Below are positions 25,221-35,778 of a DNA stretch of 64,000 nucleotides, piece by piece (position 1 is the stretch's first letter; each line of letters starts with the position of its first letter). This DNA comes from Nemertoderma westbladi (lineage: Eukaryota > Animalia > Xenacoelomorpha): assembly GCA_032718475.1 (NCBI GenBank), contig JAUCBJ010008910.1, positions 14,300-78,299 on the forward strand, read 5' to 3'. A program made the position numbers and the translations under genes. Below the pieces are notes generated by a model. The model saw only the letters and a program-made list of their open reading frames with translations, had not been told where the DNA came from and ran no database searches.

Positions 25221-27890
25221 TTACATATATTGCAATCTATCAGGCGGCCTAGACTGTCGGCCTCCCCTCGTAATATAGTATTGGTTCCCCGAGTTAGATT
25301 GACTGTCACCGTAGTCTATTGTTTCGTCATTTTCACTGTTTACTATTTGTTCGTTATCTTCAACATTATCGTCATTCTCCTCTGATTCACTATCACTTTC
25401 ACTAATATTTTGATCATCAGAGCTAGCTCGTTTCTCAATATCATGACCTATAGTTGCTGGAGTTTTATATTTTGCTGGTCTGATATGTTGCAAATGTCTT
25501 CGAAATCCATTCACTACGATTGAACGTTGATCTATAACCTCTTCAACTCTGAAAGGTCCATTCCATTCCTGGGTACAACGAATGTGCTGTTGCGGTTTTA
25601 CATATACCATGTCTCCCACACAATATCGTGGATTCACTGGAGGACCATGATCTACTCTTTCGTATTTACTTACTCCTGGCAGTTTGATTACTCGTTCTTC
25701 CATTAGTTTCTCTAGCGGCGATTGGTTCCCTCTTATTTTTGTTCTGTTGTGCCAGAACGTTACTTTTACTGGATCTTTGCCTGAACGGGCTGCCCATGTC
25801 TTGATAGTGCGATGAACCCTCTCGACGGGATTCCCTTGAGGTCTATGAGCACAAGCTGCTATATGAATAACTTCCCAACTATTTAGAAACTCATTAAACT
25901 TCTCGCTCCTGAAAGCCGGACCATTATCAGTTATCACTTCCTCAGATGGGCCCCACTCTATAAATATCTGTTGCAGTTCTCTAATGACTACTTCACTGGT
26001 TTCTCTGTAAATCTGTCGCCATATTGTAAATGATGATGCACAGTCCTCAATGGTAAAATATGTTTTTCCCTCATTTTTAGTAATGTCCAATGACAGTCGT
26101 TGCCAAGCTTTATTGACTTTACAGCTACCCCCTTCTACCTTAATAGGCATTGGATCAATTCTATTACATTTATCACACGTTTTGCATATATCAATTATTA
26201 CTGCTTTGTTAAATGATTTCCCTTGTAACTCTCTGTCCCTTTGACACAAACTTTCAGTTCTTTCTGCTCCAGTATGCGCTATTTCATGTAGTTTCTGTAT
26301 TCTTCGGCCAACAGCATCTCTTCCACACCTATTTTTATCTTCTGGTGTACAGCCAGTTTTTCCAATAGCCACTATCTCTACTTTTGGTTTCATTATCCAT
26401 GGCTTTGGCACTCTGGTTAAGCAGTCCGCTAAATTTTTACTTGATGGTATCAGTTTTATAGAAACGTTCAACTTATATTCATTTATAATTTTCTTAATTA
26501 TATCTAGGCGTCTTAGAATCAACATCCTGGATAGACCATGTGTTCTGATTCGATGTTCATCGTTTATTGGGGCATTGACCCAACCATATACAGTTGATGA
26601 ATCTGTCCATATAGTTATATTTTTTAATTCCCACGCCATGGCCATGTTTAATCCTTCAACTACAGACATGAGTTCAGCTGCATTTATATGCTCATTATCC
26701 ATGTTCTTCCTCAGCCAGGTTCCGTCTTCTGCTACAATCCCATTAATACGAATCAATGCTCCCAATGCGATGTTGCTGGCATCACACCATACTTCGCCAA
26801 CATCTATATTTGATATCGGCCAATGTCCATGAGCTGGGTCATGTTTGTTCACTCTCACAACTGTTTCCAGCAATTTCTCTCTTACATCATCATCTACTGC
26901 ACTGTCCATTAATGTTTTGGACGCCTGTCTTTGTAGCCAGGAACATGCTACTCTCAGCCATCCCCCAATCAAGTAATTTCCACGTAATTTGCCTATGATT
27001 GCCAACAATCTACGATGACTTATTGATTTCTCAATTTCCTCTGGTTGAGGCAATTCTGAATCTCGTCGCCATTTGCCATCTTTTACAGAAATACCGAGTA
27101 CCCTTGCTCCATTCTTTATTTCAACTGGATCCTTACTTCCGAGTCCATACCTTTTCAAATGATTTACAACTTCTATCGCTTCTACCTTACTCACATCTAC
27201 ATAAATGTCATCACGAAAATTATCTGCTGCATCTTTTATCTTCTTGTCCTGTTCTAGAACTTTCTCTACTATTGAATCTAGTATCTTCGGGGCTGGGGCT
27301 AAACCATAACCTAATCTCGTCATTTCATAGAGTTTGCCTTTAAATTTTACAACTTGGTATGGGTGTAATTTCTGATTGACATGAACCTGCATGTATGCAT
27401 TTTTTAGGTCTATAACGGCCGTTTGATTTCCCTTTCTCATCCATTTTCTCAGTTTCTCATTGCTCACTGCAGCGCCGGTACCAGGTTGGTTTTTTAAATG
27501 TTTATTCAGTTCCCTGAAGTCCATAATGGGTCTTACTCTGTCTTTACGGGGTTCGTTTTTGTGCATAAGTGGTATCAGCGCCTTGGGAATGTAATTAATC
27601 TCCTTTAACCAGCCGTTATTTATCCACCCTTCAACTGCTTGTTCATATTTATCTTGTAATTTCTCAGGAATTTTATACTCTGCCACGGTATTATTTAATC
27701 TGTCCGGGGGAATGTCGTCTTTAAATTTATATTCTATCTCCCAATTGTTCCCATTAAATTCTGCGTTGAAATCGTTTTTCTCAATAATTAACAGAGACTG
27801 TGGTTTCTGTTCTACTGTTCCGATCGCTGAAATTGGATATGCAGCACAACCGAATGTAATTGTCACCCGTGTGCTTTGATAAAATCCCAC
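25221..27890 (-). CDS. Gypsy pol: RT-RNase H-integrase
   Basis: RPIMDFRELN, IDLKNAYMQV, GYGLAPAP, FRDD; WCDAS, INAAEL, WTDS, NLAD; HHCC, SLD, ITDNG, VERVHRTIK. Confidence 0.93.
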   Translation of the reverse strand: MGFYQSTRVTITFGCAAYPISAIGTVEQKPQSLLIIEKNDFNAEFNGNNWEIEYKFKDDIPPDRLNNTVAEYKIPEKLQDKYEQAVEGWINNGWLKEINYIPKALIPLMHKNEPRKDRVRPIMDFRELNKHLKNQPGTGAAVSNEKLRKWMRKGNQTAVIDLKNAYMQVHVNQKLHPYQVVKFKGKLYEMTRLGYGLAPAPKILDSIVEKVLEQDKKIKDAADNFRDDIYVDVSKVEAIEVVNHLKRYGLGSKDPVEIKNGARVLGISVKDGKWRRDSELPQPEEIEKSISHRRLLAIIGKLRGNYLIGGWLRVACSWLQRQASKTLMDSAVDDDVREKLLETVVRVNKHDPAHGHWPISNIDVGEVWCDASNIALGALIRINGIVAEDGTWLRKNMDNEHINAAELMSVVEGLNMAMAWELKNITIWTDSSTVYGWVNAPINDEHRIRTHGLSRMLILRRLDIIKKIINEYKLNVSIKLIPSSKNLADCLTRVPKPWIMKPKVEIVAIGKTGCTPEDKNRCGRDAVGRRIQKLHEIAHTGAERTESLCQRDRELQGKSFNKAVIIDICKTCDKCNRIDPMPIKVEGGSCKVNKAWQRLSLDITKNEGKTYFTIEDCASSFTIWRQIYRETSEVVIRELQQIFIEWGPSEEVITDNGPAFRSEKFNEFLNSWEVIHIAACAHRPQGNPVERVHRTIKTWAARSGKDPVKVTFWHNRTKIRGNQSPLEKLMEERVIKLPGVSKYERVDHGPPVNPRYCVGDMVYVKPQQHIRCTQEWNGPFRVEEVIDQRSIVVNGFRRHLQHIRPAKYKTPATIGHDIEKRASSDDQNISESDSESEENDDNVEDNEQIVNSENDETIDYGDSQSNSGNQYYITRGGRQSRPPDRLQYM

Positions 27891-28240
27891 CCGATTACAA
27901 CATCCAAATTACCAACAATATAATCAACAATGAGAAATGACCATTCAATTTCATTTAATCCATCAATTTTCACAGCAGTAATCATTTCACATTTTAATTT
28001 CTGGGTAACAGTTCCATCTAACATAGCTATCCTATTATTTGAGTCACATTCTCTAATATATCCAATAAGTCCAGAACTAAACTTTCGAGTCATTACTCCT
28101 CGGCTACATCCCGTATCTACCAACGCGGTGGCCTTCTTGCCTCCATATATTGATTGTATGACTGGGGCCGGCGCCTTCCCTGTATCTCCGGGGAAACGAC
28201 CACTGGCGCATGTTCCGCCATCTCCCCTCGCACGTTTCCC
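27863..28240 (-). CDS. Gypsy aspartic protease (in the -1 frame to gag; one further frameshift before RT)
   Basis: ALVDTGCS catalytic motif and VVIGWDFI. Confidence 0.85.
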   Translation of the reverse strand, partial: GKRARGDGGTCASGRFPGDTGKAPAPVIQSIYGGKKATALVDTGCSRGVMTRKFSSGLIGYIRECDSNNRIAMLDGTVTQKLKCEMITAVKIDGLNEIEWSFLIVDYIVGNLDVVIGWDFIKAHG

Positions 28241-29127
28241 TCCATATTACTACCATATTCCCGAACTCCTGTCGCCGTCGGACAATTTCCCGTAACTTCA
28301 GTACACTCCCTTACAATGTGGCCCTGTTTTCCACATCGATAGCAGCTCACCTGATATCTACTAAACACTTGCTGAGCGCCACCGCCACCATTTCTGTAGT
28401 AACACTCCCTGGCAAAATGGCCGCTCCTCCCGCAATGAAAGCAATTATTGGATCCCCTACCGGTATCTCCACCATATCCACCTCGTCCACCTCCATATGG
28501 TCGTCCACCTCGTTGACTCCGCCCCCATTGGCCACGACCTGGGTATCCATTGTTGTAGTCTATCTCTGCGCTATAACCATGCCCTGCTGCACCGACTATA
28601 TCAGCTGTACTGTGTTCTTTTTCGGACAACAACCGACGTGCTTGTACGAGTAGTTTTTCGAGGTCCATTTCTCCGGCCAGAGCTTTAACTTCCGTTGAAA
28701 TATCATCCGGTATACCGCTTACCATCTGAGCTGAAACCATCTTTCTAGACACTGCATTCTCAACTAAGTTCCCTGTCACCAATCCGATTAATCTTTTCAA
28801 GTCCGCTACGAATGCATCTACCGATTCTCCCGGTTTCAATTCTCTATTCTTAAACTGCTCATAAGCAGTATACTCATTCACAGCAAAAGCCGCTATCAAT
28901 ACATTTTGTATTCTGTCACATCTAAACTTATCCGCCTCAGATAACTGACTAACGACGGCATACGCAGCACCATCCAAGGATAACCTGAGATACGTTGCCC
29001 TTGATTCCTCCTTGACAACGCCTTCTGTTTTCAGCACATCGAACGTGTCATTATATATCATTAACCATGTCAGTGGGTCCCCACTACCGTTATACTTTTT
29101 TACATAGTCGCTCAACTTCGGAGCCAT
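28117..29127 (-). CDS. Gypsy gag with two CCHC zinc knuckles
   Basis: CFHCGRSGHFAREC, CYRCGKQGHIVREC, an RGG-rich segment, and the capsid-like KPGESVDAF motif. Confidence 0.93.
   Translation of the reverse strand: MAPKLSDYVKKYNGSGDPLTWLMIYNDTFDVLKTEGVVKEESRATYLRLSLDGAAYAVVSQLSEADKFRCDRIQNVLIAAFAVNEYTAYEQFKNRELKPGESVDAFVADLKRLIGLVTGNLVENAVSRKMVSAQMVSGIPDDISTEVKALAGEMDLEKLLVQARRLLSEKEHSTADIVGAAGHGYSAEIDYNNGYPGRGQWGRSQRGGRPYGGGRGGYGGDTGRGSNNCFHCGRSGHFARECYYRNGGGGAQQVFSRYQVSCYRCGKQGHIVRECTEVTGNCPTATGVREYGSNMEGNVRGEMAEHAPVVVSPEIQGRRRPQSYNQYMEARRPPRW
28190..28240 (-). promoter_or_regulatory. -1 ribosomal frameshift signal
   Basis: G GGA AAC slippery heptamer (28240-28234) in gag phase, 6-nt spacer, then an 11-bp stem GGGGAGAUGGC/GUCGUUUCCCC. 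The -1 frame is open into the protease. Confidence 0.85.
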
Positions 29128-29357
29128 ATTACACCATTGATATTTATAAAATTAACAGTCAATAATACCAACTACAGAACTATTATCAACAACACATCAA
29201 TACTGCACTACAGCTGTACAGGCCCGGTTAGCTTATAAGAACTGAATAGCGTTTTTCTGTAAGCTCTATTATTCTCTCTTTCTACCTTCTACATACAGAT
29301 ACAATGTCATCGTTCAAACTTCCCTCCACCATATATCTAGTATATTAGTATACGATG

Positions 29358-32300
29358 GTTGTTCCTCCCCCGCATGTACGTAAAAAGTGTTGTCTTCCTC
29401 CTCGTCCTCGTCCGATGATCCTGATTGATCCATACAGTCTGTGTAGAAAGTATGAATCTCGCGCGGCGCACGCTCCTTGTAAAGCGCGTCGCATCTAGCC
29501 GCTTTATCTGGATGCTCTCGTCGAAAGCGTTTGGTCGGAGTATGACTGTTTGAGTGAAGTAACGCGTCATGGTTACGTCCACATAGAGGACATGTATCGT
29601 CGTTTGGGCGATCCTTCCAGATGTGTCTAGGCTTCGTACATCTCCAACAAGAATCTAAAGATCGAATCTGAAGTCTCCTTTCTTCGATTCCTAACTCCCT
29701 AAAAGCGCGACATCCACGTAGTTTATGTCCGCTATGGTTTCTGCCGTTCCGCTCGCAATATGAGCATCCCACAAAGTCCGCCGGCAACTGTTGCCATAGC
29801 TGCTTGGTGCCGATAGGCGTCAGAACTTTAGAAGTCTCAGTCGGGGTGGCATAGGTAACGGCTTTCGCGTTCGTCGGAAATGGTTTAGTCCGAATCGGAG
29901 CAGCAATAGCTATCCCTTCTGCCGCTATATGGTGATCGGTATAGTTGGATCGAGTCTCCACTACGGCCTCCCGCGAAATCAGTTGGTAGACGTCGGTGAG
30001 TTTTAATAGCCCGCTGGCCTCTTCACGCTGATACTCGATGCGTCGCCATTCTCGTCGTAATCGATGATGAAGTCGACCGATTATTCGAATGAGAACTGTC
30101 GGTACGTTAGCGTATTCGAATTGTCCAATGGACCATAAAGTCCCTATAGCGTTCTTTATTTTGTCCGCGAGTCGTAAAAGATCGATCGGTTTCGAAATAC
30201 TTCCTCCTCTGCAGAGGTCTTCGATAATAGATTTAGCCATGGCTACGTTGCCACCGTAAATCGAATATAGATGGTCGTACGCCAACTCAAAGGTATCTGG
30301 AACACCGATGAAGGTTTCCGCTAATCGTTTCGGCTCACCAGACAGGACTTGGAGCAAGTAATTAAACTTCTCCATCGAGGTGAAAGCACACTTAGCGATC
30401 TGGGACTCTACGTAGTCTACCAGTGTACGCCAGTGTTTTGCGTTGCCAGAGAACTTCGGTGGTTGTTGTGCCGGTAATCCATGTCTGGCCGCAAACTTCG
30501 CAATCTCGCTAACTAAATCTAACTGTCTGTGTCCCTGTTCGGTTGCGTCGTCCAGTCGTTCATTTCCACGCATTGTCCGTCGGTAGGAAATATTAACGTG
30601 ATTTTCTTCTCGATGATTCGGAGTCTGTCTAGTCTCCTGTTCTCTCCTTGGTGGTCGATGTTGTCTAGGTTGTTCTAACTCCACGCTGGTTCGTGATCGA
30701 TCCGACGGTTGCGCTTCGAGTCGCTCTTCTAGTTGCGCTAGTCGGTCCACCATCTCTGTGAACTGTTTGGCGTTAATCGCTGGTTGCAATGTGGGTTTCT
30801 GCAAATGTGTTTCTCGTGGAGGATTGTCGATGAATTGGTTCGTCGATCGTTCCTCTCGTTTGTAATCAGCCGCTGCCGCCGCTCCAGTATGGAATATTTC
30901 CCGTTCCGTCGACTCCGTATCGCTAGATGAATCGCTGTCGTCCGGATAAGGTGGTTGGCGGGTTCATGTACGGCATATTACTCTTTGTCGAGTTCGTTGA
31001 GGTCTAGGATCTACGGTTCTCCGTCGTTCGGTAGGCTCGCAAGCCTTCCACGAAGTCGTAGGTCTCGTTATACTCTGTTCGATCATGTGGGTACTACCCA
31101 CATCCGTCCTCCTCCATTGTTCGGTAGGCTCGCAAGCCTTCCACGAAGTCGTAGGTCTCATCGAACATTGTGTCAAAGGTCGAATAAAATAGTCAGGTTT
31201 CGTAGTCAGTCTATAAATAACTGGGTTCGCACAGCACGTCACAGGTTTAACTGCTAACGGCTTACTTACCTGTTTAATTGTCATAAACGCAGGTTCCTCT
31301 CTTCCTACAAGTAGACTACGACTTACTGTAGGTGGACTATTCACTTTACCTGCTAAAATCGGTGATGAAGTTGCCCTAGGTTGCGGTATTTCCGTCACAA
31401 CAAACCTGTTACCTTGCGTCGAGCGCACAGGTGATATTTCTTTAGGTTTCGTAACAAAGACCAGTTTTATCAGAGTTGTAGGTTTGAGCATAGGAATCAC
31501 TTGTGGAAAACGTTTACAGTAATCCTTGACAAACTCCTCTTCTCTGTCTATCGCTCCCACACTTCCTTTCTCGATTCGCTTCTGAATTCTGCGATATCGA
31601 GTCTCCATGCGATCCAGGGCAGACAAGTCATGTCCAGCTCGAGACCTTATAGATCTATCTCTCACGTCGAGTTCGAGGTCCTCTTGCGCATTTGCTGCCT
31701 CACGCGATCTGCGATTTAGTTCGAACTGGAACTGCATCTCTCTCTCGCGTCGGTCTGCCTCCTGTTGTTGTGCTGCTAATTCTGCTTCCTGAATGGCTAA
31801 ATGTGATTTCATTTGCCGTGCCTCCAACTGAGCATGAGCGTCAGATGTTGCTTTCTTCCGCGCTAACTCATCAGCTGCTGCCTGTCGTGCTGCTGCCGCT
31901 GCGGCCACTTCTTGCGCCAAGTCCTCCTCCAGTCTCCGCATTTCCGAGGCTTCGAATTCGGCTTGAGCCTGGAGTTTTGCAATTCTCGCTTCGTCTTCTC
32001 TGCGTTGTTTCTCTCCCTCGATAGCAATCTGTGTCATCTGCCATTGCGCTTCTTCCTCGGCGACTTGTTGTCGGCGTGCAACCTCCTGTTATTGAGTAAT
32101 TACAGACGCTGTTCTACTAACGTCGCCAACGTCGCTCCGTACACTAACGAACGATCTATCCAGTGGTGGATTTTGGTAGGCTCACGAGCCTTCCATAGTA
32201 AGAACTTCCGTCGTCCCTCGCGGTATGACTTCCAGTTCTTCGATCGGTACGTCGCATCTACGAAGAAAATTGGTGAGCATCTCCAACCTCCTGTCTAGGC

Positions 32301-32866
32301 AATAGAGTTCTTCCTCTTCGGGTTGCAACAACGCGTCCGAAACTGACTCACCTAGCAGTTGGTCAAACTGTTCCTGTTGAGCCAAACTTATTACTGACTT
32401 AAACTGGATGAGGCTTTCCCTCGCACTTACCAACTTATCTATTATCTTTACCTGAGTAAAGTTGTCGCCACGCAATTCTGCAAGTTCGTGTAAACCTTTA
32501 AGTTTTATCTACGGAAGCATGTACCCTACTTTCTATCCTTACCTGTAAGGTGTAGAACTCGTATCTCGACATCGGGGCGGTTAACTCGCGTAAAACGCGA
32601 AAACCTTCTCCGAGGTTTCGAGTAATCTGGGCCATGTGTCCTCCTATACTCCTAATAACATTTTCTTGGCTTCCCGCCAAGCTTACCATGTCTGGTTCCC
32701 ATGACCTGGTCTGCGGGACTGTAAGGAAATCTTCGATTCTGCCGTCGCCACGCATTGCGGCTTCCGGTATTTCCGTTCGGGGTACCGGCGACGCACGCGG
32801 TGTGACATCGGTGGGTTCTCCTTCTCGGTTCGTCTACTGTCAATCTGTCCGGGTCGCACGTGTCAT
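29358..32866 (-). pseudogene. BEL-1 gag (coiled coil, DUF1759-like, triple Cys/His knuckle), disrupted
   Basis: ATG at 32866; PPKFSGNAKHW, EKFNYLLQVL, CSYC..H..C, CWRC..H, CPLCGRNHDALLH; several in-frame stops. Confidence 0.9.
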
Positions 32867-32939
32867 AGTTTGTAGGTAGGTATCAGGTCGAATGTGGTGT
32901 GTCACTCATGTCTTATTATATACGTCAAGTACGGGTAAT

Positions 32940-33195
32940 AAAATGTCAAAGTATCGGAATGTCGAAATGTCAAACTTACCTTGGTATATATATATACCAT
33001 ATATATAGCCTAACTGGTACAAATAAATTTAACAAAGTCAGAATGTCGAAATGTCAAACTTACCTTGATATATATATATCATATATATATACCCTAACCG
33101 GTACAAATAAAATTAACAAAGTCAGAATGTCGAAATGTCCAAATGTCAAACTTACCTTGATATATATATATCATATATATATACCCTAACCGGTA
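32940..33195 (-). repeat. Three tandem ~85-95-bp leader repeats, each carrying CAAG|GTAAGT
   Basis: + strand ACTTACCTT at 32974, 33058 and 33150. Confidence 0.85.
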
Positions 33196-35593
33196 TATAA
33201 TAAAATATGTAATAATCTAGCCTACCGGCTAAATTTGTACGAATAAGTGAGATAACGGTATATGTTACCAAAATGTAGATCAACAAGTACAAATAATAGG
33301 CAAAACAGCAACGTCTAACGGGAAAATAAGTACCAACAACACTACTAATTAGACAGTGGAACCCACAAATTTTGAGTACTACTGTGCTCTTAAGTTTGAA
33401 TGACACGAGTCATAAAACTTACGCTCCTTTGATCTTCCAGTCGTGCAAATTCCCAAATACAAACCGGACGTGGGTCGTTCTGTTTTTCGGCGTCGCGGAT
33501 GAATTTTGTGTCTCCCAAACTTTGCGAAAAGCGGTCTAATCCCTCGAAGCGGTCCAGAAATGAGTCCTTGAGTCCTGAAAGGTTGAAGCTGAGAGTTTTA
33601 CTTCTACTCTACGAAAAATCTTCCTAGGTACTGATACAACTTGGTCTTTAAACCCTATGTACCTTTTCAAGTACCGAAAAGTAACACCGCACACACACGG
33701 CGTAAAACAAATAATTACAAACTAACTAACTATTTATAGCTAGCCAAATACGAATAAAACTACCCTAAAGGCCTACTGGCAGGGGACGTTCTACAAATTA
33801 CTAACTTTACTAATTTTAATTGTAAAATATCATTCTACCTTTACAATAGCTAATAATATATTTATATATATATCTCCTACTGAAAAGTCCAGTAGTATAC
33901 CGCCTACCGGGTCCTAATAACGATGTACCTTACTGTAAGATCTAGTAGTGTATACGGGCTCGTACAGTATCTGACAATAAATCCCACTCCAGGGTGTCTA
34001 AATAAACAGATACGAATACGCGAACAACTACTGGCGAGGAACAGAGCCTGGTGTCTATTCTAATACGTGGGCGAGTCAAATGCCCGGGCGAACTAGACAA
34101 ACAGGATACCTGTCCTCTAACCGGTGAGGCAGATGTACAGTCTATGGTGACAGACCAAACTCACGGGAAAACAATCCCCGCGCAGCGAATCCTAACTATC
34201 GCTAACGGACCTAAATACCATAAACTTGCCACGGTGTGATTTATATGGTTTATATACGAGCTAGAGGATTAACAGACTAGCGTAACAATACTACTAACAA
34301 GCGGTAGCAGTCAAAACGGGGTAGTAAGTACCTAAAGTAACAATACTGCTGACAGGGGCAAAGCAGTCAAAGGGGTGCATGCCATCTAAAATACTTGCCG
34401 TAAAATTATATACTAAATATCTCCTAAAATTACAAATACGAATGGTAGAACTGCAGAATAAATCCTATTTAAAGTAACCTAAAGTAATCTAGTAGCTGGC
34501 AGGTCTCGAAGGGGAGTATATATGTTTTAGGATGTGTGTGTGTGTGTGTTACGAATAAAACAATTTTGGTGTATCGCCGTCGTACTAGGTTTTGGTGATT
34601 TCTGACCAAAAACAATACCGGGCGCTAGCTACTAAAATAAGCTAGTTGCACTCTGTAGGGTTTAATACTTACAAATGACGTCAAAGCCCTTCCTATCCAC
34701 AACTCAACCGGGCAATTACGGTGTTAGTAACTAAACCCGTGATCGGCACAAATACCAGATTCTGGTTGTAAGATAAGAAATAGGTGTTAATTGCTACCGT
34801 ACATTAGCTGATCTGGTACACAATTTGATTCTAGAATTTTGTTGCTGCGGTGGTTAGCAGCAAATACCTATCAGTACGTGGCAAGGCGTGGTAGGATATT
34901 AATAAACCTCCCTAGGCCAAGCAAAGTGACGGTAGCAGAAAGCTGCTCCTTGCCTGATCAAATATTTCTCAGACAGGGGCGGGCAAATGTATAAACTACA
35001 AAGTGAACCGGTACAGAACTGTCAGTACTGCAAATCACCAAATTATGGAACTTGTGCTGTCTGGACCTAAAGTGTACTTGCGCGTACTGACGAACAGCAA
35101 TAGTTCACACCTGTAGGAGATACAGGTTAATCCGGGGATTTTGCTTGTTTGCTCCTGTCTAAGTCTAAAATATTTGATCCTAAATTTTACGGCGTCCCAG
35201 GACAGCGTCACGCTTACCCTGATCTATAGGTCTTACTGCAGGCAAGGGTGTCAAACAAAGTCTTACCTTCCTCTGAAGTGGGCGCTGTATGGCAAGGGGG
35301 CATGCTTCGAATGGGCGCGCGGGCAAATCTAATGTGGGAACTTAGCGTGTTGTGGACATCTTTCCCTGCGTTGCTGATGCCCTAACGGTTTAGGCAGCCA
35401 TCTCCCAAATGTTTGGCTGTCCCAAAGGTAGACGAGACAAAATATACATGTTCAAAGTTTACAGTATATTTACGTAATTTCCAAAGATTTATCAAACAAA
35501 TTTACTAATAAGTTTCAACAAGAAACTAACAAATGTAACTAGTGAGAGTGTTATTAGAAATAACAAGAGTGATAACCGAAGGCAAACCAGCCC

Positions 35594-35730
35594 TTATATA
35601 GTAAATCTGGGACATAGAATCCGCTAGAACCTTCCAGAGCATTCCATGGCCTCACATTGGAGCAATAAGATGTTCCATGCCCTATGATTGGCCCAACTCA
35701 TCGTTCCATACGTTGTACGCACCTCATTGG
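35594..35730 (-). promoter_or_regulatory. LTR Pol II promoter: three CCAAT boxes + TATATAA
   Basis: + strand ATTGG at 35656, 35687 and 35726; TTATATA at 35594-35600. All are in element sense and conserved in both LTRs. Confidence 0.7.
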
Positions 35731-35778
35731 TTTATCAAATTAGATCAAATGAAATTAAATTTCCCAAAAATGCAAATT

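Larger units (their letters stand above)
25060..29352 (-). mobile_element. Ty3/Gypsy LTR retrotransposon nested at the BEL-1 gag/PR junction
   Basis: 119-bp LTRs at 25060-25178 and 29234-29352 (1 mismatch), TSD CGATG at 25055-25059 and 29353-29357, G-run PPT at 25179-25188. Confidence 0.95.
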
